A stretch of 63,079 bases of DNA, counting the filler. It is 6 parts of 6 records of this genome, joined end to end, with 100 filler letters (N's around TTAATTAATTAA, not from the genome) between each part and the next. Parts side by side here need not be neighbours in the genome. Positions count along the whole stretch, not along the records: positions 18,788 to 29,652 come from SRR31156797_22727; positions 29,753 to 49,845 come from SRR31156797_22733; 4 more parts are not named here. One strand, written 5' to 3'. Below are positions 18,861-30,004 of this stretch, piece by piece. Position 1 is the stretch's first letter. Each line of letters opens with the position of its first letter. Position numbers and translations under genes: made by a program. Under the pieces are notes generated by a model, which was not told the origin of the DNA, ran no database searches, and worked only from the letters and a program-made list of their open reading frames with translations.

Positions 18861-21800
18861 ATGATGAACATGAGTGACTTTAGAAAGATGGCTAAGGGGA
18901 TACTAATTCTTCTTCTTAGTGTGTTTTCAACAACTGCATTTGCCCAGCAGGTTACTGTTACGGGAAATGTAAAGGATGCTTCGGGCATGGTGTTGCCGGG
19001 AGTAACGATTGTTGAAAAAGGAACAACAAACGGAACCATCACTAACATTGATGGAAACTATTCGATTAATGTCGCAAGTGCCAATGCTGTTCTGCAGGTT
19101 TCATTTATAGGTATGAAATCACAGGAAATTGCAGTAGCCGGCCAAACAACGATCGACATTAACCTGGAAGATGAAACCATCGACTTAGCAGAGGTAGTAG
19201 CTGTGGGGTATCAGGTTCAGCGAAAAGCGGACTTAACCGGTGCGATTGAAGTGGTTGAAATGGAAGCCATAGAAAATGTAAGCTTAAGTTCGGGTAACCC
19301 AATGCAGGCATTGCAAGGTCGTGTTCCGGGACTTTACATCGAAAAATCGGGTACACCAACGGGCACAAACAGCCGTATCCTTATCCGCGGAGTAAATACT
19401 CTTGGAGACAATAATCCCTTATACATAATCGATGGGGTGCCAACCAAACGCCCCGAAGTATTTCAAGGTTTAAGTGCAGGATCCATTGTATCTGTTCAGG
19501 TTTTAAAAGATGCTTCGGCTTCTTCCATTTACGGATCGCGGGCATCAAATGGTGTTGTTATTGTTACCACAAAAAATGGTGCAAAGCAAGATGGTGGTGT
19601 AAAAGTACAGTTTAACTCCAACGTATCCATCCAAAGCGAAAAACAGCAACGTTTCAAGATGTTGAATGCTGTTGACAGAGGCCGGGCATTATGGCAGGCC
19701 TCAGTTAACGACGGTGTTGATCCGGCAAGTGGTTATGGCGAAATCTACGACTTCGACTGGAATGGCGATTATAATAGTCCGGTACTTAATAAAGTTACTG
19801 TTCAGCCTTATGTTGGAGGCGACACAAATGTGCCGGCGGGTGATACCGACTGGCAGGATGAAACTTACGAAACAGGATTTGTAATTAATAACGATGTTAC
19901 GGTTTCTGGTGGTACCGATAAATCCTCGGTTCTGATGAATATTGGTTACTTGAAAAACACAGGGATGCTGAAATACACCAATTATGATCGTGTTACAGCC
20001 CGGATTAATGCTCAAACTAAAATGTTTGACGGAAAATTCCGAACCGGGATGAATGCCCAGGTTGTATCATCGAACGAGACATTGGAAACACCTGATTTAG
20101 GTAGTGCTCCAACTCCTGGTCTTGCCATAACCTTAGCACCAACTATTCCGGTATATACCAACGATGGCGAATATGCCGGGCCTATAGGCTCTGGTTATTC
20201 CGACAGAAACAACCCGGTTCATATGCAATATATTAATCGTTGGGATAACACAAAACGTCAATACCTTTTCGGAAATGTATTTGCTGAAATAGAACCATTA
20301 AAAGATTTAGTATTACGCACGAACCTTGGTATTGATTATTCAATGGTAAAAGATAAGGATATAGAACCAGCTTTTACCGAAGGTTTTATTGCACGTGCAG
20401 TAAACAACATGACTGAATATGCCAGTGATTTTACCAGCTTAACCTGGTCCAACACAGCAAGCTACAAATTCGAGTTAGATCAAAGCCGGTTTAGAGTAAT
20501 GGTTGGTATTGAATCAGTAGCTAACAATTTCAAAGATATAACAGCGTATAAAGAAGGATTCTCTACGCAAACTGAAGATTTTTTTGTTTTAAGCGCAGGA
20601 ACAAGCAATGGAAATAGTTTTGGAACGGCAACAAGCAGTAGGTTGTTATCGCAATTTGGTAAAATTGACTACAACTATGCCGATAAGTATTTGGCATCGT
20701 TTACGCTTCGTCGCGATGGATCTTCCCGGTTTGGTGAAGAAAACCGGTATGGTTATTTCCCGGCGGTTACATTTGGCTGGAGAATTTCTGAGATGAACTT
20801 TATGGAAACAGTTGGATTATTTAATAATCTGAAATTCCGCGCTGGCTGGGGACGCGTTGGCAACCAGGATATTGGAGATTTTGCCAGCTATGGACTATAT
20901 GAACCACGCTATGGTGCAACCGCTTACCAGGTTTCGGGTATGGGGCATGTTGGTTTCTTCGATCAATATTGGAATGTTGGTTCAGCCTATGATTTAAGTG
21001 GCGCCAATTCAGGCAACCTGCCATCGGGATTTGTTTCCGTTCAGGCAGCTAATCCTGCCTTGCGTTGGGAAACCACAGAAGAACTGAACTTTGGACTTGA
21101 TTTTGGTTTATGGGATAGTAAAGTAATCGGTTCATTCGACTATTTCACACGGAAAACCAGCGATATTTTGATTCAACCTCCAGTTGCTTCGGCTGTAGGA
21201 GAAGGGCAACTGCAGTGGTTAAATGGTGCAACCAAGAAAAACAATGGATGGGAGTTTGCTGCTACTTATTATAGCGATGAGAAGAATGACTTTTCGTATA
21301 ATATTACAGCAAGTGCCAGTCACTTTAAAGATAGAATTACGGAACTACCAGAAGAAGTACGTACAGCATATCCGGGTAATGCAGAAAAAGATATTCTGGG
21401 ACATTCCGAATTATCAATTTTTGGTTATGTTACTGATGGTCTGTTTCAAAACCAGGCAGAGGTTGATGCACATGCCTCCCAGGTAGGAGCAGCTCCAGGT
21501 AGAATTCGCTACAAAGACCTGAATGATGATGGCAAAATTGATGCTTTGGATCAGGACTTTATTGGAACTTTATTACCGAAGCTGGAGTACAGTGTGAAGA
21601 TTGAACTATTTTGGAAAGATTTTGACTTCTCGGTATTTGGATCAGGTGTGGCAGGAAGAACCGGTTTCGACAATTACATTTTCTTAAACGATTTTATTCG
21701 TGGACGAGACAATGTTGGACCTGGCGTATTTGATGCCTGGACGCCACAGAGTACTAACACTTCTGTGCCGGCATTAAGTTTATCCGACTCCAATAACGAA

Positions 21801-22049
21801 ACCCGCACATCGGATTATCTGTATGTAAATAATTCCTATTTCAAATTACGGAATCTGCAACTGGGTTATACTTTTCCGGAGACATTTACCAACAAAATTA
21901 AATTAGAGAAGTTGCGTGTTTACTTTATGGCTGATAATCTGTTCTGGATTAGCTCAGGTGAATTTAAAGGCCCCGATCCTGAACGAACCGACATCAATGC
22001 CATTCCTGTACCAACCACATTGTCGTTTGGTGTAAATGTTTCATTATAA
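18861..22049 (+). CDS. susC: SusC/RagA TonB-dependent transporter
   Basis: PLYIIDGVP; VLKDASASSIYGSRASNGVVIVTTK; RRDGSSRFG; NPALRWET. Confidence 0.95.
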   Translation: MMNMSDFRKMAKGILILLLSVFSTTAFAQQVTVTGNVKDASGMVLPGVTIVEKGTTNGTITNIDGNYSINVASANAVLQVSFIGMKSQEIAVAGQTTIDINLEDETIDLAEVVAVGYQVQRKADLTGAIEVVEMEAIENVSLSSGNPMQALQGRVPGLYIEKSGTPTGTNSRILIRGVNTLGDNNPLYIIDGVPTKRPEVFQGLSAGSIVSVQVLKDASASSIYGSRASNGVVIVTTKNGAKQDGGVKVQFNSNVSIQSEKQQRFKMLNAVDRGRALWQASVNDGVDPASGYGEIYDFDWNGDYNSPVLNKVTVQPYVGGDTNVPAGDTDWQDETYETGFVINNDVTVSGGTDKSSVLMNIGYLKNTGMLKYTNYDRVTARINAQTKMFDGKFRTGMNAQVVSSNETLETPDLGSAPTPGLAITLAPTIPVYTNDGEYAGPIGSGYSDRNNPVHMQYINRWDNTKRQYLFGNVFAEIEPLKDLVLRTNLGIDYSMVKDKDIEPAFTEGFIARAVNNMTEYASDFTSLTWSNTASYKFELDQSRFRVMVGIESVANNFKDITAYKEGFSTQTEDFFVLSAGTSNGNSFGTATSSRLLSQFGKIDYNYADKYLASFTLRRDGSSRFGEENRYGYFPAVTFGWRISEMNFMETVGLFNNLKFRAGWGRVGNQDIGDFASYGLYEPRYGATAYQVSGMGHVGFFDQYWNVGSAYDLSGANSGNLPSGFVSVQAANPALRWETTEELNFGLDFGLWDSKVIGSFDYFTRKTSDILIQPPVASAVGEGQLQWLNGATKKNNGWEFAATYYSDEKNDFSYNITASASHFKDRITELPEEVRTAYPGNAEKDILGHSELSIFGYVTDGLFQNQAEVDAHASQVGAAPGRIRYKDLNDDGKIDALDQDFIGTLLPKLEYSVKIELFWKDFDFSVFGSGVAGRTGFDNYIFLNDFIRGRDNVGPGVFDAWTPQSTNTSVPALSLSDSNNETRTSDYLYVNNSYFKLRNLQLGYTFPETFTNKIKLEKLRVYFMADNLFWISSGEFKGPDPERTDINAIPVPTTLSFGVNVSL

Positions 22050-22076
22050 ACCTATAATACTTTAAAACAGAACAAG

Positions 22077-23813
22077 ATGAAAATCAAAAATATTAATGTA
22101 ATTTTTTACATGCTGGCATTAATTCTTGCCACCTCATGTAACGATTATCTGGAAACCGTACCACAAGGCTCCGTTTCTGCAGGAACTCCAACTCCGGAAA
22201 GTGCTGATGGGTTGGTTACAGCGGCTTATGCTGCCACTGGAAATGATGATATGATCGGACCAATGACAAGTATGTGGGCTTACGGTAGCGTTCGCTCAGA
22301 TGACGCTTATAAAGGTGGTGGTGGTGTTGCCGATGTTGGAGATATTAATTTCTACGAACAATACAATCTAACCCAACCGGATCAGGGATGGATGCACCCT
22401 TATACCTGGGAGAACTTCTATATCGCAATATCTCGAGCGAACTCCGCATTGGCTTCATTAAACCAGTTAACAGATGACGAATGGAGTTTGAGTACCACCC
22501 GTATAGCAGAAGCACGTTTTTTACGTGCGCACTCGCATTTTATGCTAAAAGTATTATTTAAATATATTCCCTACATCGACGAGAATATGAGCAATGAAGA
22601 TATTCTGAACACCAGTAACCGGGAATATACAAATGATGAATTATGGAATAAAATTGGTGAAGACTTTCAGTTTGCATTAGATAATCTCCCGGAAACACAA
22701 ACTGAAGTAGGGCGTGCCAATAAATATTCTGCAGCTGCATATCTGGCTAAACTTCGTTTATATCAGGCTTACGAGCAGGACGAAAACAACCAGGTAACCA
22801 ATATTAATCAAAGTCGTTTACAAGAAATTGTTCAGCTTACCGATATGGTAATTAATTCCGGAAATTATAGTCTTCAGCCCGATTTTGGTGAAAATTTCCT
22901 GGATGGATACGATAATGGAACAGAATCCATTTATGCCATTCAGTTTTCTATCAGTGATGGTACATCTGTGGGGCGTTTGAGTTTTGTAACCGGATTAAAT
23001 TATCCGCATGGTGCTACCCAGTTTGGATGTTGCGGGTTTCATGCGCCCAGCCAAAACCTTGTGAATGCATTTGCTACCGATGAAAATGGATTACCAAAAT
23101 TTGAAACCTTTAACGATGTGGAATTAAGTGCTTCAGAAATAATTCCGACAGGAGTATCGGTTGATCCACGTATCGATCACTCCGTGGGAATCGATGGACA
23201 CCCTTATAAGTACCGCAACGAGGCAGATTATATTTTCAGCAACAGCTGGGTACGCGATCCTGGTGTTTATGGTTTCTTCCAAAGTATGAAAGAACAACAG
23301 GCGGCCGACTGTTCATGTTATAAAAAAGAAGGGCCTTTTATAGGAACATCAAAAAACATCGATATTATCCGCTATGCCGATGTACTATTAATGCAGGCCG
23401 AAGCTTATATCGAACTAGGTCAACAGGATAAAGCGATGCCATTGATAAATGAGGTACGTGCACGTGCAGCACAAAGCACCGGACGTACGGTACATTCCGA
23501 TGGTACTCCTGCTTCCAATTATTTGGTAAACGAATATAACGGTGTAAACCTGAATTGGACACAAGAAAATGCACGTATGGCATTACAATGGGAGAGAAGA
23601 TTAGAATTTGCGTTGGAAAGTCCTCGTTACTTCGACCTGGTACGTTGGGGAATTGCAGAAAAAGTACTTAATGCATATCTTGAAAAAGAGAAAACACGGA
23701 GAGACTTCTTGAAAGATGCAAAATTTACCGCAGGAAGGGATGAATACTATCCTATTCCACAACGCGAAATTGATTTTACGAAAGGTTTATACAAACAAAA
23801 TGTTGGTTATTAA
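22077..23813 (+). CDS. susD: SusD/RagB lipoprotein
   Basis: Lipobox ATSC; EARFLRA; IRYADVLLMQAEA; ERRLEFALE-RYFDLVRWG; PIPQREI. Confidence 0.95.
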   Translation: MKIKNINVIFYMLALILATSCNDYLETVPQGSVSAGTPTPESADGLVTAAYAATGNDDMIGPMTSMWAYGSVRSDDAYKGGGGVADVGDINFYEQYNLTQPDQGWMHPYTWENFYIAISRANSALASLNQLTDDEWSLSTTRIAEARFLRAHSHFMLKVLFKYIPYIDENMSNEDILNTSNREYTNDELWNKIGEDFQFALDNLPETQTEVGRANKYSAAAYLAKLRLYQAYEQDENNQVTNINQSRLQEIVQLTDMVINSGNYSLQPDFGENFLDGYDNGTESIYAIQFSISDGTSVGRLSFVTGLNYPHGATQFGCCGFHAPSQNLVNAFATDENGLPKFETFNDVELSASEIIPTGVSVDPRIDHSVGIDGHPYKYRNEADYIFSNSWVRDPGVYGFFQSMKEQQAADCSCYKKEGPFIGTSKNIDIIRYADVLLMQAEAYIELGQQDKAMPLINEVRARAAQSTGRTVHSDGTPASNYLVNEYNGVNLNWTQENARMALQWERRLEFALESPRYFDLVRWGIAEKVLNAYLEKEKTRRDFLKDAKFTAGRDEYYPIPQREIDFTKGLYKQNVGY

Positions 23814-23865
23814 CTGATTCATGGAGCAATGACCGGTGCAAGTCATTGCTCCTAACTATTTAATC

Positions 23866-25269
23866 ATGAAATTAAGACTTGTCATATTGTTTTTTCTTCT
23901 GTTAATAATATTCGGATGTACGAACAGTAAAAAGGAGTTTTCGGAAGGGGCTAATATTCATTATTCTTTAAACAAATTGAATTCGCCTGTAGCTCTTCAT
24001 TTTACGGGTCAGGAATATCACTTGTTTTATACTTATTTAATCGATGGAACTCAAAAAATTGGCCGATTAACAAGTAACAACCTTATAAATTGGAAGAAGA
24101 ACAAATGCCGTTTAGGGGAATCAAACAATGAAAACATTAGAACGATATCAATAATTCGAAGTTGGAATAATACGGCGGAGAAAAAGGTAGCACTGTTTTT
24201 CTCTTTTGTTATTAATAACAACGGGCTTATGGTTTACAGAAGCGATGATGAAGGGGAAACCTGGGAAAAGTGGGATCAGGAAATTTTTATTGATAATAGT
24301 TTCGACAGTGTAAACGACATAAAAATAGCCTGGAATGAAGATATTCAAAAGTGGGTAATGGTTCTGTTAAAAGATTATGAAGTAGAATTTTACACATCAT
24401 TCAATTTAAAAGATTGGGAATATCATTCGGTTTTTAACACAGAACCTACTGTTAAGAAAGGCAACTGGGTAGCCGTAGAGTTCTTTCCGATTGAGTATCC
24501 TGAGACAATGGAAATAAAATGGTGTCTGGCCATTAGTTCAACCGAAGGGGCTTCAAATTACGGTAGAGGAACCCAATATTTCGTTGGTGAATTTAATGAG
24601 CTGCAATTTCAAACAGAAGATGATGTGAAATGGATGGATGCCGGAACTGATTTACATTCACCAGTTGTACTTTCGGATCATTTGATTCAGAATAAACCTC
24701 TTTATTGCCTGGCAAAAGTTGACGATAGTAAAACAATAACATTGCCCCGTTCAATTTCTTTAATTCGAAAGTTTAATGAGTTTTATTTAGCTTCCACACC
24801 AATAAAGGAGATCAATCAATACCATCATAAAACCAAAAAGATAGCCGGGCAAGAATTTGAAGGAAAGTTGAGTATCAGTCAAAAACAGCAACTTCCGATG
24901 GAAATTAATTTGAAGTTTGACTTTAACAACCGAAAATACCTGGACTTTGCAGAAGTATTTGGGGTGGTTCTAAAAAATGAGGATAATGATAAACTAATTA
25001 TAGGCTATCATAATATCAGACGTTACTTTTTTATTTCATACAAAAATGAAATTGTTTATGCTCCAGGCATTATCGAAAAATCGAACCTGGAAATGAAACT
25101 AATTATTGATGAAGCTACAGTGGAACTCTTTAGTATGAATGGACAAATCTCAATGACAAAACAGTATAGCGCTCAAAAGTTATTGAATCAAATACAACTA
25201 TTTACAGAAGGAGGAAAAATAACCCTGAAAGACGGATCATTAACAAAATTAATCTCAAATTACAATTAA
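23866..25269 (+). CDS. GH32-like lipoprotein with degenerate catalytic motifs
   Basis: Collinear with the downstream GH32 (YHLFY, TQYFVGEF, LPR, DEATVELF) but has LNSP, VNDIK and WVAVE at the catalytic motifs. Confidence 0.8.
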   Translation: MKLRLVILFFLLLIIFGCTNSKKEFSEGANIHYSLNKLNSPVALHFTGQEYHLFYTYLIDGTQKIGRLTSNNLINWKKNKCRLGESNNENIRTISIIRSWNNTAEKKVALFFSFVINNNGLMVYRSDDEGETWEKWDQEIFIDNSFDSVNDIKIAWNEDIQKWVMVLLKDYEVEFYTSFNLKDWEYHSVFNTEPTVKKGNWVAVEFFPIEYPETMEIKWCLAISSTEGASNYGRGTQYFVGEFNELQFQTEDDVKWMDAGTDLHSPVVLSDHLIQNKPLYCLAKVDDSKTITLPRSISLIRKFNEFYLASTPIKEINQYHHKTKKIAGQEFEGKLSISQKQQLPMEINLKFDFNNRKYLDFAEVFGVVLKNEDNDKLIIGYHNIRRYFFISYKNEIVYAPGIIEKSNLEMKLIIDEATVELFSMNGQISMTKQYSAQKLLNQIQLFTEGGKITLKDGSLTKLISNYN

Positions 25270-25287
25270 AATCTAAAACAACTAAGA

Positions 25288-26865
25288 ATGAAGAATAAAA
25301 ACCTGTTAGTATTAATCATATTAATTACCCTGGGCGTTGGTTGTTCAAGTAAAAAAACACAACCAGGTTCAGAAACGACCAAAGAAAGGTATTATGCTGA
25401 AAAATACCGTCCTCAATTCCATTTTTCGCCTGAAAAAAAATGGATGAACGATCCGAATGGCATGGTGTATTACGAGGGTGAATATCATTTGTTTTACCAG
25501 TATTATCCCGATTCAACTGTTTGGGGGCCTATGCATTGGGGACATGCCGTTAGTAAAAATCTTGTTTACTGGGAACATTTACCTGTAGCCCTCGAACCGG
25601 ATGAACATGGTTTTATATTTTCGGGAAGTGCAGTGGTAGATTGGAATAATACTTCGGGTCTTGGCAAAAACGGCCAACCTCCTTTGGTAGCAATATTTAC
25701 GTACCATGATGGGGAAGCACAGAAAGCTGGAAAAATTAATTTCGAAACACAGGGAATTGCATACAGCAACGACAAAGGCCGCACCTGGACAAAATATGGA
25801 AAACCCGTTTTGGAAAATCCGGGAATAGAAGATTTTCGTGATCCCAAAGTAAGCTGGAACCAGGCTACAAACAAGTGGATTATGACCTTGGCCGTTAAAG
25901 ACCATATCGAATTCTACTCATCATTTAATTTAATCGATTGGAAAAAAGAGAGTGAATTTGGAAAAGAATTGGGGGCACATGGCGGCGTTTGGGAGTGTCC
26001 TGATTTATTTGAGCTTGAAGACAAGGAAACAGGGGAGAAAAAGTGGATACTTCTTGTAAGCATAAATCCGGGAGGCCCCAATGGCGGATCGGCCACACAG
26101 TATTTTGTTGGTGAGTTTGATGGCAACTCATTTTATACCGAACAAACCAAAAATAAATGGATTGATTCTGGCCGGGATAATTATGCCGGTGTTACCTGGA
26201 GCGATATACCTAAGGAAGACGGACGGCGTTTGTTTATTGGCTGGATGAGCAACTGGGAGTATGCACAGATAGTGCCAACTGAAAAGTGGCGAAGTGCAAT
26301 GACTGTTCCCCGGGAGTTGGCATTGAAAAAGATTAACAATGAATATGTTGTTGCTTCAGTTCCGGTAAAAGAACTTGAGGCATTAAGAATGGCAAAAGTT
26401 GAATTTACTTCGCAAGTGGTTTTCGGAAATGTTTTTCTTGATATACCAAACATTGATCTGATGCGCTCGGAGATGATGTTTAATATTCAACTAACGAATG
26501 ATTCTCAATTTGGAAATTCAGAGGAGTTTGGAATAGAACTCAGCAATGCTAAAGGAGAAAAATTCCGGGTAATATATTCTCCCTCAGAACAGAAATTTTA
26601 CACCGATCGTACTCTTGCAGGTAAAAGTTTCTTTTCTGATAAATTTTCTGGTAAATCTGAAGCAATCTACCAAGCCTCAAACAACATGGAAATAAGAATC
26701 TTTGTAGACGAAGCCTCGGTTGAGGTTTTTATTGATGGTGGGAAACTCGTTTTTACCGATATTATTTTTCCCTCTGAATCATACAATAAAGTAGAATTAT
26801 TTTCTGCCAATGGAAGTGTAAAGTTACATGATGCAAAAGCCTGGAGTTTGAAATCCATTTGGTAA
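25288..26865 (+). CDS. GH32 beta-fructosidase / levanase, lipoprotein
   Basis: WMNDPNG, WGHAVS, FSGSAV, RDPKV, WECPD all intact; lipobox GVGC. Confidence 0.95.
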   Translation: MKNKNLLVLIILITLGVGCSSKKTQPGSETTKERYYAEKYRPQFHFSPEKKWMNDPNGMVYYEGEYHLFYQYYPDSTVWGPMHWGHAVSKNLVYWEHLPVALEPDEHGFIFSGSAVVDWNNTSGLGKNGQPPLVAIFTYHDGEAQKAGKINFETQGIAYSNDKGRTWTKYGKPVLENPGIEDFRDPKVSWNQATNKWIMTLAVKDHIEFYSSFNLIDWKKESEFGKELGAHGGVWECPDLFELEDKETGEKKWILLVSINPGGPNGGSATQYFVGEFDGNSFYTEQTKNKWIDSGRDNYAGVTWSDIPKEDGRRLFIGWMSNWEYAQIVPTEKWRSAMTVPRELALKKINNEYVVASVPVKELEALRMAKVEFTSQVVFGNVFLDIPNIDLMRSEMMFNIQLTNDSQFGNSEEFGIELSNAKGEKFRVIYSPSEQKFYTDRTLAGKSFFSDKFSGKSEAIYQASNNMEIRIFVDEASVEVFIDGGKLVFTDIIFPSESYNKVELFSANGSVKLHDAKAWSLKSIW

Positions 26866-27026
26866 GCAAAGTCCGGGTTCCCAGGGGAAATTGATGGTAA
26901 AGAGACGCCCATAAAATGTGCCGCTGCTTAACTTTTGTGTTAAAACTTGGGCATTGGTTCTTTTAAGCAACATATACAACACCAATAACTTTTTACTTTG
27001 TTCCGTAAACAGAAAAGGAAAAGAAT

Positions 27027-27935
27027 ATGGGCATACGGTATGGAGTAATTGGTACGGGAGCCATTGGCGGGTATTATGGAGGAAAGCTGGCGCAAAACGG
27101 ATGTGATGTTCATTTTTTGTTCCGAAGCGATTTTCAGGAAGTACAACAAAATGGTTTAAAGGTTGAATCGGTAAATGGTGATTTCCATCTGCAAAATGTT
27201 TCATGTTATGCTGTGGTTAACGAAATGCCTGTTTGCGATGTGGTGCTTGTTGCGCTTAAAACCACTAACAACCATCTTTTGCCGCGACTGCTGGGACCTA
27301 TTGTTCACAAAAACAGTTTAGTAATACTCATTCAGAACGGATTGGGAATTGAAGAAGAACTGGCGAAAGAAATGCCGGATATTCAGATTGCTGGAGGTTT
27401 AGCTTTTATTTGCTCCAATAAAACCGGGGCAGGCCATATAAAACACCTTTGTCTCGGTCGGCTTGAAATGGGTATGCATACAAACGATTACAATGAGATG
27501 CTTCAGCAATGTTGTGCCGATTTCGAAAAGGCGGGTGTTCCGGCCATTGACACCGAAAATCTGGAACTTACCCGCTGGAAAAAACTAATCTGGAACATTC
27601 CGTTTAACGGCCTTGCCGTGGTACTAAAAACCACCACCGACAAAATGATGCAAAACCAATCGACCAAAAAGCTGGCCTATGAAATGATGCGGGAAGTGAT
27701 TGATGCTGCCAGCCATTGTGGTCACCAGATCGATAATAGTATGGCTGATAAAATGATCTCGATGACTGAATCGATGACACCCTATGCCCCCAGTATGAAA
27801 CTGGATTACGACAATGGCAGGCCCATGGAAATTCATTCGATTTATACCAATCCTATAAAAACAGCAAACGATGCAGGGTTCGAAATGAAAAAAACGGCCA
27901 TGCTAGAACAACAACTACGTTTTATTGCCGGGTAA
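27027..27935 (+). CDS. Ketopantoate reductase (PanE/ApbA) family
   Basis: GTGAIGGYYG; QNGLG; WKKLIWNIPFN; PSMKLD...E. Confidence 0.9.
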   Translation: MGIRYGVIGTGAIGGYYGGKLAQNGCDVHFLFRSDFQEVQQNGLKVESVNGDFHLQNVSCYAVVNEMPVCDVVLVALKTTNNHLLPRLLGPIVHKNSLVILIQNGLGIEEELAKEMPDIQIAGGLAFICSNKTGAGHIKHLCLGRLEMGMHTNDYNEMLQQCCADFEKAGVPAIDTENLELTRWKKLIWNIPFNGLAVVLKTTTDKMMQNQSTKKLAYEMMREVIDAASHCGHQIDNSMADKMISMTESMTPYAPSMKLDYDNGRPMEIHSIYTNPIKTANDAGFEMKKTAMLEQQLRFIAG

Positions 27936-28301
27936 TGCTTTAAAGAAAAAGCATCAGTATTTGCCTCTAATCGCACGTGCTGTATCTAGCTTATATATAG
28001 CAATATAAACAAACAGGCGAACAACCGGTTCCTAAATTGGCCATATTTTCCCTCCTATTAGGGATGACAGTTGAACCTTTAGAACACCCTCTTGCGAATA
28101 AAATGTCAAACAAGTGATGTTTTTAAACTTTACATAAAACCATTTGTGCAGAATAATTGCTAAATTGGGGCTTCAAAAAAATAATATCCGTTGATTATAC
28201 GCCCACAGATAAAATCAAGAAGATAAATCAATTTAGTAATATTTAAAAGATTACTAAAATTGAACTGGCAAAGCTACTAATCAAAAAGTTATATAATAGA
28301 T

Positions 28302-28913
28302 ATGGAAAACTTATTTACTTATGCTCTAACAGTATTTATGAGCTTTTTTGCTATTATGAATCCAATTGCAAATACGCCCATTTTCCTGGGATTGGTAGAA
28401 GGGGAAACAAAAGAAAATAAAAAGGAAATTGCCCGGATTGGAACAATTACAGCTTTTATAATTGTTGTTTCTTTTGTAATTGCCGGGAAATATATTTTTG
28501 AACTGTTTGGGATTACGATTCCTGCATTTAAAATAACTGGTGGTATTCTGATTTTTTATGTTGGTTTTGAAATGCTAATGTCTCAAAAGTCTAAGATACA
28601 CCACAACAATACAGAGGGTAATAACAATCTTGCAATTTCGCCATTAGCAATTCCAATATTAGCAGGCCCAGGAACGATTGTGACAGCAATGAATAGTGTT
28701 ACAGATGCAAATTTTTTACATATCGGGATTGTCATCGGAATCTTTGCAACACTTATTTTTCTTACTTATTTAGCTTTTTCTTTCAGTGAAAAAATTGTTG
28801 AAATGGTAGGCACTAATTTGATTTCAGTAGTTGCTAAATTAATGGGGCTAATTCTTGCCATTATTGGAGTAGGAATGATAACAGAAGGAATCAAATTATC
28901 ATTCAATATGTAA
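28302..28913 (+). CDS. MarC family membrane protein
   Basis: IMNPIAN; ISPLAIPILAGPGTI. Confidence 0.92.
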   Translation: MENLFTYALTVFMSFFAIMNPIANTPIFLGLVEGETKENKKEIARIGTITAFIIVVSFVIAGKYIFELFGITIPAFKITGGILIFYVGFEMLMSQKSKIHHNNTEGNNNLAISPLAIPILAGPGTIVTAMNSVTDANFLHIGIVIGIFATLIFLTYLAFSFSEKIVEMVGTNLISVVAKLMGLILAIIGVGMITEGIKLSFNM

Positions 28914-28930
28914 AAAACAAAAGCAAAATA

Positions 28931-29155
28931 ATGAAACTTACTGCCCATAGGCAGCTTAGAGGTAAGCTTTTCACTGTAAGCGACTTTATTGCATATCGTA
29001 TTAATGATGTTGCCAAAAACAAAAAAACAGAATTAGATGATTTGTTGGCAATGTATAATGTAAAGTACGACCTAAAACTAAACTTAAAAGAAGATAGACA
29101 CGGCAATATAAATGCTAAACCGGATTTAAGATTTATACGAAAACATAATAGATAG
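28931..29155 (+). CDS. Hypothetical protein, 74 aa
   Basis: ATG ORF just after marC on the same strand; no family recognised. Confidence 0.4.
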   Translation: MKLTAHRQLRGKLFTVSDFIAYRINDVAKNKKTELDDLLAMYNVKYDLKLNLKEDRHGNINAKPDLRFIRKHNR

Positions 29156-29420
29156 TTAGCGGAGAATAATATTATTAAATTATACTGCAGACCAGACTAT
29201 TAAAACATTGCTTAGCTTCAGATCGCTCGTAAACAAGGTATAGGAAATTGTTTTTAAGCTTGTCAAAAAGAATTAAAGCGAGTAGAATCTCCACAATTAA
29301 CAATGACTCTTTTACCCCTACATTTAATGTCGAAATAAACGAGGTTATTAAAAAACATTTGTCCATTTTTGCAAATACCTAGAATAAGACCTTGTACAAA
29401 AAAATAAAATCGACTAAATA

Positions 29421-29652
29421 ATGGAAATCGTAAAATGTACCCATTGCAACGAGGACAATAAAACCAACGCTAAATATTGTCGGTATTGTGGTTACGAGCT
29501 ACCAAAACCCGAACCAAAAGAGGAAGACCCCAGGGAAGAGGTTAAATCCAAACGAAAAATATCGAAACAAAAAGTGATCGGCGCTGTAGTGGGAACAGTT
29601 GTTTTTTTTCTGGTTTATTTTGCCATTCAACATTTTATATTCGGCTCCTTTT
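29421..29652 (+). CDS. Zinc-ribbon membrane protein, 3'-truncated
   Basis: CTHC...CRYCG followed by a hydrophobic helix; runs into the spacer. Confidence 0.75.
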
Positions 29653-29752
29653 NNNNNNNNNNNNNNNNNNNNNNNNNNNNNNNNNNNNNNNNNNNNTTAA
29701 TTAATTAANNNNNNNNNNNNNNNNNNNNNNNNNNNNNNNNNNNNNNNNNNNN
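29653..29752. other. Artificial contig spacer
   Basis: N-run with TTAATTAATTAA. Confidence 0.98.
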
Positions 29753-30004
29753 CTTCTTTTCTTTGGCGGGTTGCATGGACGAGCAGTTGCACTTTTAGTG
29801 TAATGACCAGTCTCGTTTCTTTTCTTATTTTAAGAGAAGAAATAGAAATGAACAAATATATAGCAAATACCTAATATTGTACTTATGTAGAATATTAGAA
29901 TTATCTTGCAAGATTTTCATCTTAAACAGAGTTTATCTACAGTTTAAAAACCCTCCTTTAACAAAGGACTTTGTTTTTAAGTAATAAATATGTTTCTTAT
30001 ACAA

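Noticed and set aside
29753-29960. Possible IS end (GAGTTTATCTACAGTTT) or gene fragment at the start of contig 4
   Set aside because: No partner repeat or transposase is visible, so it cannot be supported
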